Assembly: GCA_015680685.1 (NCBI GenBank)
Contig: MNCI01000270.1
Span: forward strand, 110,341 to 174,340
Length of the DNA stretch: 64,000 bases
Source: Gnetum montanum
Taxonomy: Eukaryota; Plantae; Gnetophyta
Direction of reading: 5' to 3'
Positions 49,761 through 62,927 of this stretch are shown in pieces. The number at the start of each line of letters is the position of its first letter. Position 1 is the first letter of the stretch. The notes beneath the pieces are model-generated. The model did no database searches, was not told the origin of the DNA, and saw only the letters and a list, made by a program, of their open reading frames with translations. The position numbers and the translations under genes were made by a program.

Positions 49761-52700
49761 GACCACGTTGATGAGGACCCATCAACAAATCACAAAAGCT
49801 CTATATATACTACCATAAACTTTGAAATTTTTATCATTTGCTTCATAATGCTAGGGGAGTTTTTGCCATTTTTCAGAGCCCAAAACCTTCTAGAGTCCAT
49901 AACTTCTCAATTGTTTGCCCAAATCACTCCATTCTTTGATCTTGTAGCTACCGAAGGTAAACTCTTTATCATGGGGGCTGCAAACCATAAGGTTTTTGAT
50001 AAAAAATTTTTGAAAATTTTTCTAACTCCCCCAAAGGATTAATAAAGTTAACAATATACAAACATCAATTTTTTGAAAGTTAACCCTTCCAACACCCTTT
50101 GGCATGATTTATTAACAATAACACAAATAAAATAATGATTGAATTAATTAAATCAACCATAATCACAACTTAGCCAACTGTAACTATCCTAAGGAGATAA
50201 AGGTATGCCAATTGTTTCATGTTACACAACAAATTGCAAACCCATGGTCTTATTGTGATTACAGATGGCACTAAGATTGAAATGCCCGCAAGAAGTCGAA
50301 CCCTCTCAACCAAGGGAGAAATGACCTAGAGCTAGAAGGCGTTAACAAGAACAAGCCCAAGAACCACAAGTGGCAACCCATGCAATGGGATCTCTTCGTT
50401 AGGAGCCCGAAGTGGAATATGTTTGACAAATTTTGGAAGAAGAAATGTTAATAGAGCAATCACAGCAAGGGGAAGCACTGGGACCTGTGCCAAGGCTTGA
50501 ATTCACTTTAACTCTAACTTTCCTTGACATCATCAGATCCTAAGAGATTCAACGCTTAGTTCTCTAAGAACTGAATTTCAGGCCATTTCTAGAGAAAGCT
50601 CTAGCTAAAGTTAGAACATAATTGCAAACCTCTCCCATGTGGCCAATCATTAGCTCCAGTGGAAAGTGATACATGGGAGAGACATATCTCTTTTGGAACA
50701 ATAGAAGGCTAGGGTCCATAGTAAAAATCAAGGATATTCAAGTGTCCTCCTTGATCAAGGCTATCAGACAGGTATTGGGGTTACTTGATATTGGGACACA
50801 GCTGGTAGAGCTATCAACACAAGGTGACCCTGAGGCTAAAAAGAAGTGGACTTAGCAATGTTATAGGGTTAACCATAAGGAGTTCGACACACTCAGATCG
50901 GCGAAGTGCATCTACTTCAAGATAGTGTCCTATTACCTTAATCCAATGGTGAGGTCCAGCAAGGTGACCACCTTTTCCACTTGAGCATGTACCACTCTAA
51001 GCAAAAGATTTCTTGTAAACCTTCCACAATTGATCTATTTAGAGATTGAAAAATGCTTCAAGGAAAACGAACATGGAAGGAAAACCCTACCCTTTCCATG
51101 CCTCATTCAGAAACTCTGTAAAAGGGTAGAAATGATCTGCTATGCCAACTACACAATTTGACATGCTCCTTTGGCTTCATGGCCTGAAATTATGAAAGAC
51201 AAGACACTTGCCACAACTAAAGAAGAGGAGCAGCTACCACCTCCACCGCCTACTCAAGAAACAATACTTAAGGCCTGCGTAGCCATTGAATGCTTGCATG
51301 AAATCTGAGAGCAACTCTTACATGAGCAAGAGAAGCATGTAGGGATGAGTAGTGTAGACCCATCTATGTATTGACTGGCGATGAGTCACCTTAATGAGGT
51401 CACTCGGACAATCAGCTAGATGGAAAGGGGTGGGTCAATATTCTCTGTGCAATGAACGCAATTGCCCGTGAGGTCTAATCCCAATGCTTGAGAGGTGACA
51501 ATGTCATCATTGTAACACCATTTATTCTTAGAAATTTCTAGGAATGCCGCCTCCTTTTTGGTGCGTTTGGAAAAAGGTGAAGGGGCCACTATACTAGTGA
51601 TGCAACACCAAGGGCAAGAGACTGTGGGTGAAGTAGTTGTTGACCGCATCATCAAGCACTTAATGCACCTGCAGCATCTGTACCAGATGTATTTACACTT
51701 TGAGATGTGAAGATGTTTGTAGGCATGGTTAGTGGAAGATTGAGTGTAGCCCAACATGAAGAATTACTATATCAACTGGTAGGGACTAGGCAATCAATTC
51801 TAGATATCTTTGATTTTTCGGATAACATCACTATAACCCAGTCGGAGCTATTGGAAGCAAGGGGCAAATGTATCATCTTGGAGGGGCAATTTGAAATGAC
51901 TCAAGCACAAAATCAATGTTTGGCCACAAAGGTTGCTAAATTATATGTCCATCTTGCTAATCTCGCACTCCTCAATCCAACAATAACTAAAGATGAAGCT
52001 TTTCAACAGCTTCAAGAATGATTTAGGAAGGTTGAGGAGGTGGTGGTGACAACCATCCTCGACTAGTTATTCAGTTTAGAAGGACTTGGTTTAGATGTGC
52101 TAAGAGAATGAGGCACTAATTTTAGAAAATCATCGCTTGCGTAATGTTGATGTTCAAAAAGAACAAATGCAGGGATTCATTCATCAACAGCAGGAGTAGC
52201 TAGCCAGGGTGAATATTGAATTAAGGAAATTGGCCACAAAAAAATTAGAATCTATCTATGGAAGAAGTTTATGCTTGACACTAGAAATCTTCCATTGAGA
52301 TTGCCGCCTAGAAAAATGAAGCTTTGAAGTTTGAAAAAGTTTAAAATGACTATAGAGACCAGGTTGGCTTGTAGAAGGAAGTAAATGAGAAGCACATGTA
52401 GATGGCAAAGGCAAAAGTAAATGAAGCTCTCTAGCAACTTCAACAAGGAAGAGAGATATGATAGCCCATCATTAATGGGATTGATGCCTATAACAAAGCA
52501 AAGATCTGCCTAAGGGAGTTGTAGATTGAAGAAATGACTGAATACATGGAGTCAGCCAATCTCTACTATGTGAACTTAGCAATGCTAACTATCGAATAGC
52601 TGTGGTTAGAGTTGGAAAAACAAGTGGCTAGCTTGTATTTGCTATACAAGGTAAAGTTCAAACACCATAAAGACACCAAGTAGAAGCTTAAGACTGCAAA

Positions 52701-54203
52701 TGCTAAACTCAAAGTTCGTAGAGCACAGTTCACGAATCAATGATAAACTACTGAGAACTTGGCCAAAAGAATGAATAATTACCAGAAGCTGAAAGATGTA
52801 GTCAGAGCATTCAACATTGAACTCAAATAATTCATTGCCTGGTTTATCAATGCAAAGGAGCTATTTCTAGCAATCTCATGTCCTTCGGATGTGCCCGTTC
52901 CAACCCACATTGGCAAAGTTGCATGGACAGTGCACAATCCTACAAGTAAGGAGGAGAAAATAAAAGCATTTTTTGATGCTTTCTACCTTCCACCAAAAGT
53001 TGCAACAACAGTAGGACAACCACAACCACCTAGATCATTACACGTGCTTGAAGCTGGTGAAGGTCCTTCAGAAGCCATCACCTCCTAGGATTGTTTAACC
53101 TTCTCCACCAACTTCACACCATCAGAGAGCATGCTATCCAAGTTTTAAGAGTCACATTATGGTGTTCAATTTTGTATCATGAACATCATAATTTTTGTAA
53201 TGTGTTCATCTGTACACTCAGAAACTTAGTTTTGTCAAGTCAGTCTATTTTGTTACGAGTTAATCAATAATCACATACCTTCCCAATTTTATAAAGGAAC
53301 TTGAGATGAGTTTTGATTTAGTCATGAGGGTATGATGAGTCAAGGTTTGGTTGCATTGATGAGGCCTCGTCAATGTGGCCTAGTTGATTGGGCCTCGTTA
53401 GGCCCCGTCAACACATGCAATGATGTGTCAACGAGGCCCCATTGACATGGGGTTCGCTTTTCAGCTATAAATACACGCTCACTAGCCACATTTATGGCAA
53501 CAAGATTTTAGTAGTAGTCGAACTCTTGCAATTTCTCTCAAGTGCCCATAGTAAGAGTCATTGAGTGTATGGATCTTTATTCGAGCATTGTTGTACCTGA
53601 GCACGACAATGTGTGCGGCAATAAAGACGAGCTTTTTGATAAACCTTGCAGCATTTTGGATAGATTAAATATTTCATTTATGCATTCGATGTTTTCAATT
53701 AGTTATTCAATATTTTCTAGTAATTAAGCTAGATAGATTAAATACATAAATATGATCACTTCGAGCGTAACATGTATTTTCTTGGTAATCCTAACAGTGT
53801 TAGTGCTTGGTGCATCCAATAGCGTAGCGCTTGGTAACCTAGCATTGGATACGTGGGTTCAGGATGTGTGTGGAAAGTGGGAACAAATGCTTATGTTAGG
53901 ATTAGTTAGAGACTAGTTAGTCAGTTAATTTAGATTAGTCATTAAATTACTCTATCTCTCTTTTTTCAAGCACCCAAAAACATAAAACATAAAATGATAA
54001 AAATGATATGCCTCGATTACTCTTAACCATACCATTATGCTTCACAAGTGTAATTGGGAAGACAACGAATAACCTTAGGGCAAGGCTCACTTCCTAGAAG
54101 ACTAATATACTGGAAACTGTAAAGTCTACGAAATTCAACCAAATTGTGTGTGAATGCTTTGTGATTGGTATGGTTGGATGTAGGGGTACCTCCCTGCTCA
54201 TCA
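49760..54203 (+). mobile_element. Athila-like element A3, 3' portion only
   Basis: Pre-PPT block (AATCAATAATCACATACCTTCCCAAT...GAGGGTA) shared with A1/A2; LTR 53333-54203 TGATGAG...CTCATCA homologous to the A1 LTR. Confidence 0.88.
50265..53088 (+). pseudogene. A3 extra ORF (Athila env-like / plant transposon protein domain plus long coiled coil)
   Basis: Long decayed frame whose stops look mainly C>T-derived; IKAIRQVLGL, VNLPQLIYLEI, TLPFPCLIQKLC; E/Q/K-rich tail. Confidence 0.7.
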
Positions 54204-54959
54204 TACATTGTATTCAACATGGTGCACTAAAATAATATGAGAAATGTAGAAGGCCAAATGGAAAAGAAACTTTATTAATAAGTGTATTTGGATTATGCTC
54301 CGAGTATTCTTGAGTTGTCTTCCTTTAATATCTACCCCTTGAAAACAATTTAGCACTACTACCATAGTTAGGCCTAGACCTGGCTAAAATGCGTAATTAA
54401 GTCCGTTCCTTTCTTACATTGTCTAACTGTTATTACATGTCATTAATGACTCTGCAACTATTTGTTAATACAATCTCTAAGTTATTGATATAAATATCTT
54501 TCCTCAAAGGACATGTTCGTAATTATCGGATGTTATTCAGTAATGAGGATGTGACAAACTACCTCCGTTAGCTTTCATTCACCCTTCAACAAATCAATAG
54601 TAGGATCTTCCGTTATGCTTCAAGACTTTAATTTTTCCTTTTTAATGGAGCTTAACAAGTTTCCACTCATTCTACAAGATAAATAAATTAGATAGAAATT
54701 TGAGGAAAAAATAAGTTAACAATCATATCAGAAACTTACATTAATTCTCTTAGCAATAACAAAAGGTGAATTAAGGATCTTCCAGCTACTAATCACAAGT
54801 CCTAACTAGAGCTAGACCATGATTACTTGAGTGAAGGTAAGACAAATCCTTATTCTCAACTTGTACTGGTTGAGAATATTTACTTCACTAGTTTTTAGAA
54901 ATATAAATTAAATATAGAAACAAAAAATAGGAAAACCAAGAAATAGAATAAGAGTTAAG

Positions 54960-55330
54960 AAACTTCATATTCTTTATCTCCTGCTAGGAATCAAGGGATG
55001 TAGTTGTAATACAACCATAATAAGGATGTAATGTATCCACCACTTTTATTTAGTGTTGATACTTGAGCACAAAAGATGCTACAATGAGGTTTGCTACCTT
55101 TGTTGAAATTGAGCTTGTCCACTAATGTTGCACTAATTCCAAGGTTCCATTTTTTGTATACATCATCCTCATTACTTCCATTGAATTTTACAAGACCAAG
55201 TTTTTCCAACATCATTTTCCTTGATGTTTCCTTCATTTGCCTCACTTGTCAAGGGATAAGAAAACAAGAAATCACACATCATAGTTGTACTCTACTTAGT
55301 AATGAAATGCCTCCTCTTATAGGTATAGAT
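54960..55330 (-). pseudogene. Degenerate MULE-associated PMD/DUF1985-like ORF
   Basis: CVISCFLIP...DDVYKKWN...GGYITSLLWLYYNYIP loosely resembles that family's pattern. Confidence 0.3.
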
Positions 55331-57276
55331 CTTCAATAGCCTAAGCAACAAAGTTTTCGTCTACTTGATCACAAACAAGTCTACTAGATGCAATGTATGC
55401 TATACTACCTAGCACTCAACTTTAAGTCCTCAGAAATTGAAATTGAGGATCACTAAGTATCCCATTCTCTTGGAATTAAGCTTGTAGGTCAACCATGCTT
55501 ATGTTATTTAAACTCTTAATATATTGTAATTCCATCTTTTATGAAAATAATTTTGCTAAACTCCACAATTTTAATTCAACTTTTATGTTGCTATTGAAAA
55601 TTTGTTACCTAATTATGTTTCTTCCAACAAAATTTCACATGGCTAACACAAAAACCACTTTAACCCTTGATGTATATGAACTTAATCAAGTGACCTTTAA
55701 TTGAATTCTTATGGAATAATAAATTCACCTTATGTTGGTATCAAAACTCTAGATCATTTAAGTCATTTAATTTAAAGCATGTTCAATGTTTCTACTAAAC
55801 TTTTTTTTTAATATAATTACTATTTTATTGTAAGATAATTTACCATTAGCTTGTCCCCTTTTATTATTATAACTTTGGCAGCATGATAATGTAACTTAGA
55901 AAAAGATCATCACTCAAAACCATAGTGCTAATCTTGCAAAGCAAAGTCCCAAAAGAGTCAATAGATGAGCAAAAGCCTAACCTCTTCAAGTCGTTACGCC
56001 TAGGCTTGAACTCACATTTTTGACATAAACACCTTATTACCATAATTCCAAATGATGATCCCTAAAGATGATAATACTGTATATAATTGAATAATGTCCA
56101 TTATTGAAATTAAAGCATGGTTACTCATTTTGAGCTGAAATTAAAGCATGGTTACTCATTTTGAGCTTGGTAAAAATGTATGGGAAAACTAAAAAAATGT
56201 TGACATTAGCATCAATACTATTGCCCAAAAACAATGTCAAGACATTATGAATACCAAAAGAATCCTTTAAAAAGTAACTTTTTCTCTCATTAACAAAGAA
56301 CTTATGATTTTGTAGAGACATTCCAATGAATATAAGTAAATAGTGAAAAACTTGGTTTCAATTTCATCATGCAAAAAATTAAATTAGATAAAATTCTTTG
56401 TTAATAGATGATCATTAGATGAAGTAACATTGATACCAAAATTAAAATGATAATAAAGGATTAGAAATGAAAGGCTTAATGCTTATAATGATCATCTTGT
56501 CAAGGCACAACTCCTAAACTTGAACTCATGTCACCCAATCTTGAACACAATCTTATTACCTTACCATCACTCCAAATGATGACAAAAAAAAAAAAAAACA
56601 AAAACCTGTAGGAATATTGTAATATATAAATAAAAAAGTGACACCCAAATTTTCAAATATTAGACAATTGTGATTCTTATTTCAATTATAAGATTAGATT
56701 AATACCTTGTATGATCATTTTATCTTTAATCCTATTGATAATTAAAATAGATCCCATGAATAATCTCATTGTATTTCATCTCTTATTTTACTCATAAAAA
56801 ATGGTTGAATGAAACTTGTGTCATCAATGCCAATCAACCAAAGAAAAGCCAAGATATTGATTTTGTAACCGTTTAAGAATTAATGAAAACAAAAAACTTT
56901 TTATTTAAAAAAATAAAAAATGGTAAATTTTTTTTAAAATATTGGAAACACCAACATAACTTCTAGAAAAAATTCCAAGAGATTCAAGCACCCAAGCTTA
57001 ATTTGGCCAAGACTCGATGAATCCAACTTAAGCTGACCAAAAAAGCTCATTGAATCCAAAAATATTTTTGACAGAATTTGGGAAAACCTAAACATGGATT
57101 GGTAAACTGCAACATAAAAGTTCAAAGAAAATCACCGCATTTCATGATCAGAATTTGGAAGGGAAAAAAATAGCCAAATTTACCGCCTAATTCTTAGTTC
57201 TTTAAAATCAACCGAAACAAAAACCATATTAAATGGTTTAGACCCCTGGCCAGGAATAAGTAGTTAACAACAGTAC

Positions 57277-57383
57277 TCATAGGCTGCTCAGGAATTCGGC
57301 AAAGCTTTTAACATGTGGCTCCCAACCAACCAATTCACGAGTCCTGCTATTGTCCATTTTCTTACCAAGTGGTCCAGAAGTGC
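57277..57383 (-). CDS. Last coding exon of an NAD(P)-binding Rossmann-fold protein (At2g39080-like)
   Basis: Acceptor TTAAG| at 57384; reads (G)TSGPLGKKMDNSRTRELVGWEPHVKSFAEFLSSL*; upstream exons not found in the window. Confidence 0.82.
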
Positions 57384-58414
57384 CTTAACAACCATAAAGA
57401 TACACAACATGTATTAGGACAAACAAGATGCTACAAAAGTTCTATGTACATGGTTGATACAGCTAGAAAGCTAGCACAAGGATAGGGTATTAAAGCATCT
57501 GCAATATCATAAATTTTTCTAATAAGCTTCACAATAATGTTCAATTCCCAACCAATAGTTGGCGAACTTTAAAAGCATGTGGATACATGATCTAAAAGCA
57601 GCCCAAGTATAAAAGATCACCATCGCAATACAGTGAATATAGTGAGCACCAACTCCCAAAACGAGGTGTCCGCACATATTTGAACAATCTGTCCTAAGCG
57701 CATATGTAAATGTGGGAACTTCATGAAAACCAGAAATAAATATTCTTCAATAATAAGGATACATCACCATACAAATTAACAAACAAAAATCACACGAATT
57801 TACAGAATCCATACCAACTGCCTATACAGGCCCTCCACATTTCAAATATTACAATGATGTAGGATAGCACTGAAAAGCTTCATATTCGATTGTTGTAAGA
57901 GAGAAAATTAAAATATACATTGTTGAGTGAAAAACTGAATATAACATGGAGCAGTTAAAGATCGGAATGCAACCAAAATAAAAAATAAAAAAAAATTGAA
58001 ACAGAAAAATAGAAAGGTTGGAGATGTGCTCTTTGAAGTTCGAAATCTCAATTTTGTAATTCAATTCAGATTAACTGCTTATTCTTCTTGTCATTTCGTT
58101 TTAACCAGCATAATTACCAGAATTATGTTTATGTTTAGAAATTACGTGCATAAAACTTTCTTTTAAAATCATGCATCTGAAAGCATTTGCTCCTACTAGA
58201 TGGAGTGTCTCCTAAAATAGGATTGACATTTAAGCTTCAATACTTTGAAATGGAATGGTTTTCTTCTTAAATACAAAAAGTAGCTTGTTGCTGCTTTTTA
58301 AATAATCCATTACTTGCACTGTCAGCAAAACATTCTGTTATGTGACCTTTAAGACTTTATATTCTGGATTATATTCTATGCTATAAACTAAAATGAAAAT
58401 TTGACAGGACAACA

Positions 58415-58822
58415 ATCAGACCAGCCTTAAGTGTGACTGAATGTTGAGCAGTACAAAAAAGTTATGAACAAGAAGTTAGTGTAGGAGAAACGTGAATGCT
58501 TAGATGTATGTTGAATGTTGCTAAAAGAGATAAACTGTACAATACAGACATTAGAGAAAGCCTTGAAGAAGCCTCTATTGAAATGGCATCTTCGATGATT
58601 TGGGCATATGCAAAGAAGATCAGATAATGAACCTATAAAAAAAGGTTGCTACATCATCATTCCAAAACAGCTATGCAAAGAAAGGCATAAGAAAAAATAA
58701 TTGCAGATGACCTGAAAAAATTGCAAATAAACAAAGATCTAAGTCTTCATAAAAGCGAATGACAAAAAAGAATCCATCTAACAAACCTTATTTTGTTAGG
58801 ATAAGGCTAGGATGATGATGAT
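58415..58822 (+). mobile_element. RTE-clade LINE 3' fragment
   Basis: Decayed ...LR*FGHMQR; ends GGATAAGGCTAG(GAT)n; homologous to 60240-60682. Confidence 0.82.
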
Positions 58823-60239
58823 TACATTCTATGTTATGTTATATTGTAATTTAAATTCTTAAGCTTGAACTTGTTTTGATGCTAATATATACCTTTGAAG
58901 ATGTAACTTATAATTATAAGTTGATATCAAAATTTTTAAGCAAAGTTATTATTTATTAAATTTTTTTGAATTATTTAATATTTAAAACATAAAAACCATT
59001 TTTATTACTAAGTGAATGGGTCAACGTTTAGTACCATTCTGGATTAATATTTTAAGATTTCTGAAAACCTTATCCATGGTTATGTTTAATATTTTAATAT
59101 TTTATTGTATTGAAAATTTTAATTAATAAAATTACATCATAATTCAAAGCCATTGCACCCCACTCAAATTTGATAAACTACTCAATTTTACATATAGGGG
59201 ATATATCTCTAATAGTATCATCGTTTAATTGATGAAATTGTAATGTTTAATGCTTTTAAAAAGTGCCTTAAGTGCATTACTGTTCTATTATTTGATTAAA
59301 CTATTAATATTTATTGATGTGACCATAGCATGTGTGCGCTGGTTTTAATCGCTTTAATATCTGCAAATGGTTACTTTCACAAAGAGACTTAAAACAAGTC
59401 AAAAAGTAGGCTACTACTTGGAATTGAATGAGAAAAAGCAACTAGGAAAGATTAGATTGCTTAGATATTGCTTCAACCAATGCTAGGATGACATTCTGTT
59501 TAAACTTCACATTAATAGCTTAAAAGAGAACAAAGAACTCCTTTATTATAAAGTGGTTATCATTCTTGCAAATTCCCACTCATTTCTCATGCATTTAAGA
59601 CCTTGGTTATCCAAGTTGTCGTCATATTAGGAATAAAAGAATGGGATTTTAGGGATGAGTTGTTGACTCATTATTCAATGAATAAAGTTTGGTGCACAAA
59701 TCTTTACCCTATAAATAGGAAGGATTTTGCTTTTGCATGTACTTTTTTGTAAAGTAGGAATGACCACACAAGCTAGTTTGATGTAAGTGTGCCTTGTTAT
59801 GATGATATGTGTCATTTGGTGTTGATTTATGGAACTCACGTATGATTTTATAACTATGATTGATTGATTCAACCATGAGCTCAAGATTTGTGGACAGTGC
59901 TGATTGGTGAATCTATCTATGATTTCATGATTGTGATTGACTGTCAATGAGAGGTGACTCAAACGGTTAGCTTATTGTCTAACATGGATTTGCAAGCAAA
60001 ATGTTGGGAGGTCAAACTCAAGGCATCGTTACATTCCTGTAATTTTTTTAGAGTATCATGTTGGTGATATGTCTTGAGGTGATTGTGATGGATTTCAACG
60101 ATAATGACTATGTGCTCATGATTTGGGACATTTGAGTGGTGTTGATTTGAGCTAAGCCTTGTTTATTTTGTTCTTTTATGATGGTTTTGGTATATGTATC
60201 ACCACCACTTATGATGCTATTTGATAATATTTAATAATT

Positions 60240-60682
60240 CATCATGAGGCCTGCTATCTTATATGGTGTTGAATGTTGGGCAATAAAAAGAGGTATGAAC
60301 AAGAAGTTAATGTGGTAGAAATGTGAATGCGTTGATGGATGTTGAATGTCACTAGAATACATAAACTACATAATACAAACATTAGGGGAAGACTTGAAGT
60401 GGTTTCTATTTTTGATAATTTACAAGACTGGTGTCTTAGATAGTTTGGACATGTGCAATGTATATCAGATAGTGAGGCTATAAACAAAGGTTGCTACATC
60501 ACTATTCTAGGAAAACCACCAAAAAGAAGATCAAAGAAGACATAGGAAAAACGATCAAAGATGATTTGAAGAAACTGCAAATAAATAAAGATCTAGCTCT
60601 TCATAGAGGTGAATGGCAAAAAAGAATTCATGTAACCGGCCCCATTTTGTTGGGATAAGGCTAGGATGATAATGATAATGAT
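60240..60682 (+). mobile_element. RTE-clade LINE 3' fragment
   Basis: RPAILYGVECWAIK..EQEVNVVEM*MR*WM...LR*FGHVQ; GGGATAAGGCTAG plus GAT/AAT tail. Confidence 0.88.
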
Positions 60683-60790
60683 TGTTTTTACCTTTTTGGA
60701 TGCCTTGGAGCATATAAATTTTTGAGGATAATGGCCACTAGTGATGGAGTAAATTTGATTTGTGATTTCTAGGCATGTCTTAGTAATGTC

Positions 60791-62890
60791 TTTTTTTTTC
60801 TTTTGAGAAACTGTCGGGTACAGTATTAAAAGAAGAAATGTAAACTATACAAAAACTACACATCCGTGGGAGTCCTCTCCCTTTTGTCAATGANCTTTTG
60901 AGAAACTGTCGGGTACAGTATTAAAAACTACACATCCGTGGGAGTCCTCTCCCTTTTGTCAATGACCTGTTCCAAAATTGGGACTAAACCACCATAGTCC
61001 CAAACATGCCCCCCATTGAACATACAAAAACCCAGAAAGGAGCCATAGGGTCCCCTTACGCTCTCGTTGTTACGTATCCCCAGCTAAGACATGGACCAAG
61101 CCCAACCGATGTGGGCAAAAACACAGTCACCAAAATGACCAAGAGCTCATTTGAAAGAAACCAAACAAAACAACAACCTAAAAGGCAACCATGCCCCTTA
61201 GATATGTCAAGGCAATTGGGAGCATCTACACATGGGCTGCAGCCGCTAGTTAATGTCATTAAGCATATTGTGCTGCTCCTCCGTATCAATGAAAGCCGCA
61301 ACTTGCTGAAAATTTTTAAAGGTCTCCACCTTTCGTGCGGCCGCATCACCCCTACCATCAAGGTGTAACTTTGCTGATGTCCATTTGATGAAAAGCCTGA
61401 GACCCTACCATGATGATAAACAATTAATGTTCATTATAATCTAGGGGTATTTCCTTTCATGCAGCTAGGTAATCGCATTCTGTTCATGCACACGATCTTG
61501 CTAATGTTGAAGCTGCTCATCCTCCATACATTCATTCTCTTGTTGTATCTCTTCCACCTGTTCTTGTGCTAATCATTCCAACTCTTCCTACTGGATTTTG
61601 GCCTTGAGCTACTTATGGAGCTTGTCCTCCAAGGTGGCCATGGTCACCACATCCTCCATTTCTTTCTACCTTAGAATATCCTTAATCATATCTTGGTGTC
61701 GTATCTTCGCCTACAGTAGCAACTACTGAAAGACCTCCTCTCGCAATTGCCATGTGGCTTCCTAGGCTTCCCACTCATTGTGCACCCTCAAGGCGGCCTC
61801 CTCCATGGCTCTCTCAAGCACCCTTTGCTAGTACTCCTGCTCCAACCACTCAGCTTCCTCCTTATCATCCTCAACTTGAGGCTGAAGCGACACATGTTGT
61901 TGATGGCCAAGTGAAATAGTCTACCCTTTATCTGTTCGGTCACCAGTCAGCATCATCCCCAATAGTCTATCTTGAGGCTGCCTAGCCGCAATGTCCTCAC
62001 CCGACCACCTATGAACATAGAACGAGTTGTAGGACCCCACCTGCTCCCTTGGTGCAGGTTTAGACCACAACACAAGAATAACCCCCATGTGCCACCTTTG
62101 CTACTTCTACTGTAGGAAAGCTAGGAAAAATTTAGGCACATTAATTGATCACCCTAAGCACAAACTTTTCAAAAAATTGAAATGAACCCCATACAACTTC
62201 CACATGTTCCCAAACTAGATGAAGAACCTTTCAATCAATTCCACCACATCCTACCAGAAAGGTAGCAACCCAAATTTACGCACATGCCTGCTCGCAATCT
62301 GCAGCATTGATTCGGGAAAAAAGGCCTTTGCGTCTTGGAGGCCTCTCTCCGTGGGCAGAACCATCTTCCCCCAAGAACATAGGCAATTGCCTCCTCAATG
62401 AGGTTGATCCTCACCCCCCAGAAGGTAGTGGCATCCATGCACCAATTGTCAAAGAAGGCCCCATCTTGCAAATCTTGGTCCCCCACCAACATTGAGAGGA
62501 AATCAGCCTAGCCCACACGTGTGACGAGGGCCCACGGCTACATCATCTCCTGATATCTAGTGCAAGAAGGCTCATAAGTCGACGTCACTTCCATATTGAC
62601 AATAGCTTCTTGCTAGAACCAAACACCAACTGCATCCACCTGCATAAGCAGTGGTAAAGATAAATTTCTGAAGAGTAAATGGTTGCAGGATTGCCGCAAG
62701 CACCATAGAATGGCCATAGCTTTAGAGTCCCTATCAAGTCTGACAGGCAAGGAGATTCCAATCACCCGCCAAGTGGTAGTAGCAAAGGGGCAGCTATAGG
62801 CAAAGTGTCTCCACATTTCAATTCCTTGAAAACAAGACGGGCACCCCTCACCAACATTTAACCTGCATCCCCCTCCCTGTGGCTAGTTTT
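60791..62890 (-). mobile_element. 5'-truncated L1-like LINE: CCHC zinc finger (zf-RVT), extra ORF, 3' UTR and A-rich tail
   Basis: KLATGR../CPSCFQGIEMWRHFAYSCPFATTTW...AILWCLRQSCNHLLF; minus-strand end TTAATACTGTACCCGACAGTTTCTCAAAAGAAAAAAAAA. Confidence 0.65.
61205..62594 (-). pseudogene. Unknown transposon-associated protein, copy 1 (with coiled-coil insert)
   Basis: MEVTSTYEPSC...DQDLQDGAFFDNW...IERFFI*FGN...INVPKFFLAFL...QQVAAFIDTEEQHNML...PMCRCSQL. Confidence 0.7.
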
Positions 62891-62927
62891 CCAAGCTCTC
62901 CGCGTGTGGAAAGAAATCGAGGCCGCA

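Noticed and set aside
56106-56167. 31-bp perfect tandem duplication
   Set aside because: Isolated two-copy duplication with no further structure
60800-60965. Duplicated LINE 3' end around a single N
   Set aside because: Probably two haplotypes or contig ends joined at the N
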